Assembly: GCA_043739185.1 (NCBI GenBank)
Contig: JAYUEN010000101.1
Coordinates: 1 to 55,529 of the forward strand
Length of the DNA stretch: 55,529 bases
DNA from: Bdellovibrionales bacterium
GTDB lineage: Bacteria > Bdellovibrionota > Bdellovibrionia > Bdellovibrionales > JAMPXM01
Reading direction: 5' to 3'
The notes under the pieces are model-generated. The model searched no databases. It was not told the origin of the DNA and was given only the letters and a program-made list of their open reading frames with translations. Each line of letters starts with the position of its first letter. Positions within the stretch are counted from its first letter, which is position 1. The translations under genes and the position numbers were made by a program. This document shows positions 50,371 through 55,529 of the stretch, piece by piece.

Positions 50371-51804
50371 TTACTCCCCTTGGCTTTCAGCACTCTTATT
50401 AGCTTCACTTTCAGCTTTATCACTAGATGACAAGGCTGCAAGTTCAGCTTTCAAGCGTTGATCAGCTTGTGATTTAGCGTCACCTGTTGATTTAACTTCT
50501 GTTGCTTTAATAGGAGCGCTCGGTACGACCATGCCTTCTTGTTGATACTTCACAACCAAGGCTTTGGTATCATCGATCAATTTCTGAGCTTTCTCTGGGT
50601 TGTCATAGCCAGGAATTGCCATAACATCTGCAGGAGAAGCTTCGGCAATACTTTGGAATGATCCAAATCCAGATTGAAAAATATTTTGCGCCATTGTCTC
50701 AGTCATATTTGGAATGAGCATAAGATTGAAGATCGCCTCTGCAGTTTTAGTTGCGGCACTTGAATCAGAAAGAATATCGAGCTTCCAACCAGTTAATTTT
50801 GAAGCAAGTCGAACATTTTGCCCGCGCTTACCAATAGCAAGACTGAGCTGATTATCCGGAACCACGATTTCCATTTCTTTATTGGATTCATCTACAAATA
50901 CACGAGAGATTTCAGCAGGTGCCAAAGCATTACATGCAAAGCGCGTAACGTCTTCGTCCCAAGGAACGATATCAATTTTTTCGCCGCGCAATTCTTGAAC
51001 GATATTTTGAACGCGACTTCCTTTCATTCCAACGCAAGCTCCAACCGGATCAACCGAAGAGTCTTTGCTATAAACTGCGATCTTTGCACGCGCTCCAGGC
51101 TCACGAGCAGCGGCCATAACTTGCACAATACCATCGTAGATTTCAGGAACTTCCATTTCGAAAAGTTTAATTAAGTATTGTTCACTTGCGCGCGACATAA
51201 TGATCTGAGGACCACGAGTGGTCTGACGAACATCTGAGATATAACCCTGCAAGCGATCACCTGGCTTATATTGCTCGCCAGGAATTTGCTCACGAGGCGG
51301 AATATAAGCTTCGGTACGACCTAGATCGACCACTATGGCTCCGCGCTCAACACGTCTTGCAATACCAGACGCGATCTCACCCTTACGCTGTTCAAATTCA
51401 TTAAAAATAATATCACGCTCAGCATCTCGCACTTTTTGGGTGATGATTTGCTTCGCCATTTGAGCCGCAATTCGACCTAAATCTGTGGTCTCAAGTTTTA
51501 TACCAATTTGATCAGATACTTGAATGTCAGGATTAAGGGCACGAGCTTCTTCTAAAATAATTTCGATTTCTTCATCTACGAAAGCTTCTGGAGTTACAAC
51601 TTCTTTGAATTCATAGAGCTCAACTTCACCGGTTTCTTCATTGTATTGAGCTTCAATATCACGATAGGTTCCGTATTTTTTACGAGCTGCAACGATCATC
51701 CCTTGGATAACGGCATCAATGACAATTTGCTTGTCGATTCCTTTGTCTTCACCCACTTTTTCGATCATTCGGCTTAAATCAGAAAATACGTTATTTGTAG
51801 CCAT
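50371..51804 (-). CDS. nusA: Transcription termination/antitermination factor NusA
   Basis: GRIAAQMAKQ, S1, DPVGACVG...EKIDI, AIGKRGQNVRLAS. Confidence 0.98.
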   Translation of the reverse strand: MATNNVFSDLSRMIEKVGEDKGIDKQIVIDAVIQGMIVAARKKYGTYRDIEAQYNEETGEVELYEFKEVVTPEAFVDEEIEIILEEARALNPDIQVSDQIGIKLETTDLGRIAAQMAKQIITQKVRDAERDIIFNEFEQRKGEIASGIARRVERGAIVVDLGRTEAYIPPREQIPGEQYKPGDRLQGYISDVRQTTRGPQIIMSRASEQYLIKLFEMEVPEIYDGIVQVMAAAREPGARAKIAVYSKDSSVDPVGACVGMKGSRVQNIVQELRGEKIDIVPWDEDVTRFACNALAPAEISRVFVDESNKEMEIVVPDNQLSLAIGKRGQNVRLASKLTGWKLDILSDSSAATKTAEAIFNLMLIPNMTETMAQNIFQSGFGSFQSIAEASPADVMAIPGYDNPEKAQKLIDDTKALVVKYQQEGMVVPSAPIKATEVKSTGDAKSQADQRLKAELAALSSSDKAESEANKSAESQGE

Positions 51805-51921
51805 TTTTCCCTCAACCTTTCAAGCAGCTAGTGAGCCCACTAGCGCGTCCGGAACATTGAACCGGCACAATTAATAGATGGACCCTACTTGAGCCCACTT
51901 TTTATTTCAAAACAAAAAAAC

Positions 51922-52449
51922 TTAAGTTTGTTGCGCCTTTCCATAGTTAAAAACGACATTTGCTTTCGCAATCTCAACAAAAGGCACAAAAACCTCAGCT
52001 GGCTTGCCTGCAAGTTCAACATTCAATTTTATTCCGCTATCGCTTTTTTCTAAAAGTAGGCCCTTGATTTGCTTCGCCTTTCCTAATTGAGGAAGAGCTG
52101 AATTAAAATCGAGCATTGGCGCGAAGCTTTTAACCAAAACTGTTTTGCCAATAACTTTAGCAAAATGCCAGTCTCGCTTAAGCGCGCGCTCTAGCCCTGG
52201 GCTTGAAACTTCTAAATGATATTTGCCACCAGGAATAATATCCTCAACATCTAATAGTAAATTAAGGCCTTTAGAAACATTGGAGCAATCTTCAATCGAA
52301 ACCCCAGCCTCAGTATCTTTATCAATATAAACTCTTAATATTCTCGCACCACCACCGCCAGCAAATTCAACATCGTAGACAGTACAAGACTCTCTGAGAG
52401 CCACTTCATCGGCTAAGCTTTTAATTTTTTCTAAAAAACTTTCTTTCAT
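51922..52449 (-). CDS. rimP: Ribosome maturation factor RimP
   Basis: LRVYID, SIEDCSNVS, YHLEVSSPGLER. Confidence 0.96.
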   Translation of the reverse strand: MKESFLEKIKSLADEVALRESCTVYDVEFAGGGGARILRVYIDKDTEAGVSIEDCSNVSKGLNLLLDVEDIIPGGKYHLEVSSPGLERALKRDWHFAKVIGKTVLVKSFAPMLDFNSALPQLGKAKQIKGLLLEKSDSGIKLNVELAGKPAEVFVPFVEIAKANVVFNYGKAQQT

Positions 52450-52679
52450 TACTCACCCTTAAAAAGTTCAAAACTATCCCAAGCCAGTTCTTCAGACTGA
52501 AGGCCTTTCCTAAAACCAAAATGTTACGGAAAAACTTGATGCGCACCTGAAGAATGCCCCGTTGGATTAAAAAACCAAGGAGCCGCGCTCATGCGACCAA
52601 CGAATACGAGAATCAGAGTTGACAGGCTCCGAAGCTAACAAATGCGCTTGAATTTAGCAAGTCTAAATTCTTAAAGGAG

Positions 52680-53132
52680 TCATATCTTAAGCGAATAAAG
52701 CTTAGCGGTGCCGCCATCCGAATAGTATTTGAGGCGTCTCCCAACCACTTGAAATCCAAATTTTTCGTAAAACTGAATTCCCGCTACATTTTTTTCGTGG
52801 ACCTCAAGCCAGATCTCTTTCTCTTTTGATTCGGCCCTGTTGATTCGTCGCAAAAACTCGTTGAAAAGCTTAGTCATCAGTCCTCTTCTTTGATGCTCAC
52901 GAGAAACCGCTAAATAACTAATTTCAAAACAACCGGGAACAGCTTGTTTATAAATAATAAAGGCCATTAGCTCATGCTTTTCACTTCTCAGGCCCAAGCA
53001 GAGGTTTGATTCTAATTCTGAAGTAAGCTGCTGAAGTGACCAATGTGGGGCCCCGAGAGTTTCAATCAACTCAATAATTGCAAAAACTTCGCTTGAATGA
53101 ATGGATTTTAATTCGTCAAAGTCGATAATCAA
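52680..53132 (-). CDS. rimI: RimI-like GNAT N-acetyltransferase
   Basis: LAVSREHQRRG, WLEVHEKN...FYEKFGF...RLKYYSDG. TTG 53132 overlapping the upstream TGA is the likely start. Confidence 0.8.
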   Translation of the reverse strand: MIIDFDELKSIHSSEVFAIIELIETLGAPHWSLQQLTSELESNLCLGLRSEKHELMAFIIYKQAVPGCFEISYLAVSREHQRRGLMTKLFNEFLRRINRAESKEKEIWLEVHEKNVAGIQFYEKFGFQVVGRRLKYYSDGGTAKLYSLKI

Positions 53133-53803
53133 CCCGCAATGAAGTTGCGAACTTTGTATTTTCGATTGAGCACTTCGTACCAATTTTTAAGACGTTGCTC
53201 GGTCTGAGCATTTTGCAAGAAACTCTTTATATTCTCGCGAAAGGATTCAAAGGGGAGACTGCCAAACTTACTCCGGTTTTTTTGAAAATAAATTTCAGCC
53301 TCAGCGTCTGAGACTGGTATCTTTGAGGAGTCGGACTTCAACTGCATAAACTTGCGTACCAAAATCTTTCGCTCTAAAATTTGCTTCAATTCTTCTTGAG
53401 AAACCTCAAGACTTTGCCATGAACTTAACGTCTTTGAATTTTCTTGAACGAATTTAAGTTCTTTTTGAAGGTCAGTTGATTTCAAATTACTTTCGAAATC
53501 GAGTGCCTCTTTATAAATAGCCCATTCGAGCAAGACGTCACCGGTTTGGCTCGGAAATTCTTTATCTTGAATACCAAGATTTTTAATCGCTTTTTTTGAT
53601 CCATTAAATTGATCGAGTATCTGACCAATCAAAGCATTGATTTGCACTTCACGGCTGGTTAAAAAATATTTAGTTGTTCCGAGTTCTCCGACAATTTTCG
53701 AAACGACACGGTCTTGGGAACCAACTACTGAGCTAGCTGGCGGCAAATAAGAAATTAAACTTGCGAAAAATATGAGAAGACTGAGGGCAGAGTGCTTAAG
53801 CAT
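53129..53803 (-). CDS. Exported SurA N-terminal-like chaperone without a PPIase domain
   Basis: Signal peptide; DRVV..IVG...LTSREV and VSDAEAEIYF...NWYEVLNRKYKV patterns typical of SurA/PrsA core halves. Confidence 0.55.
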   Translation of the reverse strand: MLKHSALSLLIFFASLISYLPPASSVVGSQDRVVSKIVGELGTTKYFLTSREVQINALIGQILDQFNGSKKAIKNLGIQDKEFPSQTGDVLLEWAIYKEALDFESNLKSTDLQKELKFVQENSKTLSSWQSLEVSQEELKQILERKILVRKFMQLKSDSSKIPVSDAEAEIYFQKNRSKFGSLPFESFRENIKSFLQNAQTEQRLKNWYEVLNRKYKVRNFIAG

Positions 53804-53870
53804 GAAGTCATCTTCTCAGACAATTGAGCAAAAGAAAAGACTTCACGCCATTAAAAGCTGCGACAAGCTC

Positions 53871-55067
53871 TTAGAAAATCACTTTTCCGGCAAGCGTTAC
53901 AGTATAATAATCTAATTTTTCAAGTGGCGTACCAGGTTGGCTAAACTGAGGGTAAACAAACGACTGCTGATAGTTTGAATTCGTATTGTAAGCAACATTT
54001 GTTAAATACTTAAAGTCGACGCCCAATGAAAAATTCTTTGTGATCATGAGATCAACGCCTGCTGAAACACCCACATCAAGTGCATTGGTAGCAGCGTTGT
54101 CTGAGCTTACGTAGCCATATTGTTTATTGGTGTATTTGCGGTAAGAGTAGCTTCCCAAAACTCCAATACTTGGTCGTAATTTTCCGGTCAAAAATTGGTA
54201 TTTGGCACCGGCTGAAAAATTATACTGAGTGATCGCCTTAAATGGCGGATAGGGATTTGAATAATTCATTGGACTTACAACTTCTAAATCATAAGTTGAA
54301 TACATAAAGCTGCCTTCAGCAACCCAACCTTCTGGAGTAACGGTTCCAACTGTAAATCCGCCTGAACCAGTACCGCGAACATTATTAGCTTCTGGATATT
54401 CCGAAACGCCAACCAATCCACCTACGAAATAGCTTGGTTTTGACTCTTCAGCCTTGGCTTCTTCAACTGGCTTTTTAAGTTCAGTTTTTATTGCCGCTGG
54501 CTCCTCAGCATCCTCTTCTTTTTCTTGTTTTTCGACAATTACAATAGGGGGCTGCTGAGCTGCTTGTGGCGCCTGAGGAGGAGGAGCCAATTGTGGTGCT
54601 GGTGTTGGAGCGGGCGTTGGAGCCGCAAGTGGAGCTGCAAGCGAAGCACCAAACAAACGGTCTGCACGAGCCTTTTCATCTTGAATACGAGCTTCTTCTA
54701 ATTTCTCTACGATTTTCTGCTCGGTTTGAACTTCCATATCTTGACGAGATTTGCGAAGGAGGTCTGCCTTTGACTCCTTTAGTGAACTTGCCTCGATTAA
54801 TGTCGATGGCTGCTCTTGAACGCTAGGGGCTGCAACCGCCGCGACTTTTTGTACGGGAGCTTCATACTTCGGGCTATTGACTATATAAACAGGAGCGGAG
54901 TTTTCAGGAGTAGCCACTTCAACCACTTCATTAGTGGCTTCATTGTATTTTACAATCTTTTTTCTGGCATGCGTTTGCGACTCAGTTGTCGTTGTCGTTT
55001 GTGCAACTGAAGTCAGGCTCAAACTTGAAAGTAATAGCACGCTCAAAACTAAATAAGGCTTCTTCAT
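53871..55067 (-). CDS. Outer-membrane beta-barrel protein with coiled-coil and Pro-rich N-terminal extension
   Basis: Start MKKPYLV (ATG 55067); signal peptide; PAPTPAP linker; 8-strand OmpA/OmpW-like barrel ending GKVIF. Confidence 0.75.
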   Translation of the reverse strand: MKKPYLVLSVLLLSSLSLTSVAQTTTTTESQTHARKKIVKYNEATNEVVEVATPENSAPVYIVNSPKYEAPVQKVAAVAAPSVQEQPSTLIEASSLKESKADLLRKSRQDMEVQTEQKIVEKLEEARIQDEKARADRLFGASLAAPLAAPTPAPTPAPQLAPPPQAPQAAQQPPIVIVEKQEKEEDAEEPAAIKTELKKPVEEAKAEESKPSYFVGGLVGVSEYPEANNVRGTGSGGFTVGTVTPEGWVAEGSFMYSTYDLEVVSPMNYSNPYPPFKAITQYNFSAGAKYQFLTGKLRPSIGVLGSYSYRKYTNKQYGYVSSDNAATNALDVGVSAGVDLMITKNFSLGVDFKYLTNVAYNTNSNYQQSFVYPQFSQPGTPLEKLDYYTVTLAGKVIF

Positions 55068-55133
55068 AATCCTACTCCCATAAAAATTCTTTAAGCTTTT
55101 TCTCGCTTGAAATTCGAAACGTCTATCCCTATA

Positions 55134-55148
55134 GCAACTGTCGTGCCG
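55134..55148 (-). promoter_or_regulatory. Putative sigma54 promoter of the OMP gene
   Basis: Minus strand CGGCAC-GACAG-TTGC; IHF-like sites upstream at 55176-55188 and 55272-55284. Confidence 0.65.
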
Positions 55149-55437
55149 CAACCTTGGTCATTCGATTGACTTAGCTAACTCATTGAATATTTTGAGTTTT
55201 GGCAAAAGGATAAGATGCGGATCAGACTTCAAAAGCGCGCAATACCAGCCATCCCCATAGGGATAATTACTTAAGTCATTGATTTCATGATTTTTTTTGC
55301 TTGTAAATTTTGCAAGCATATTTCAGCTCACTTTGAAAAAATAGCAATTGCGATTGAATTTTCTTCTTGAGTTAGACGTGGAGCTTGTTTATCAATATCA
55401 GTTCTCTTTCTACATTCTATATTCACTTTAGAAAAAT

Positions 55438-55524
55438 GGCTCTGTGGTGGAATTGGTAGACGCGCTGGACTCAAAATCCAGTGTCCGCAAGGACGTGGGA
55501 GTTCGATTCTCCCCGGAGCCACCA
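55438..55524 (+). tRNA. tRNA-Leu (anticodon CAA)
   Basis: Acceptor GGCTCTG/CGGAGCC, anticodon arm CTGGA-CTCAAAA-TCCAG, long variable arm GTCC-GCAA-GGAC, TTCGA loop, encoded CCA. Confidence 0.97.
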
Positions 55525-55529
55525 TTTGT

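Noticed and set aside
55150..55529. Integrative element at tRNA-Leu, and ORF 55328-55525
   Set aside because: No integrase or duplicated tRNA 3' end is visible (window ends 5 nt after CCA); the ORF is antisense to the tRNA.

Overview
Chromosomal window that reads like a Bdellovibrionota-type predatory bacterium (inferred from gene content and many secreted hypotheticals; not verified by search). Left: 5' end of a type IV major pilin gene, clpS-clpA-DMT transporter, a soluble lytic transglycosylase and a MORN-repeat/Ser-Thr kinase fusion. About 9.9-24 kb is an accessory block of exported proteins: S8 protease, two M48-like zincins, a nucleotide pyrophosphatase, a translationally coupled small-protein/993-aa Ala-rich pair, and a 1107-aa protein with a small partner. 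Then a degenerate HD-GYP protein, ssb, outer-membrane barrels, mutL-miaA-yicC-gmk-rpoZ-rel, and rimI, rimP-nusA-infB-rbfA-truB-rpsO-pnp-M16-dut, ending in tRNA-Leu(CAA). No CRISPR, integrase or transposase was seen. The least explained signals are non-coding: an ERIC/RPE-like ~121-bp palindromic element with interchangeable terminal stems (3 copies), a dispersed hexamer-periodic intergenic repeat (3 copies), a perfect 24-bp inverted repeat overlapping a gene end, sigma28/sigma54 promoter motifs on the secreted genes, frequent leaderless gene starts, and a rimP-leader-like hairpin placed before nusA.
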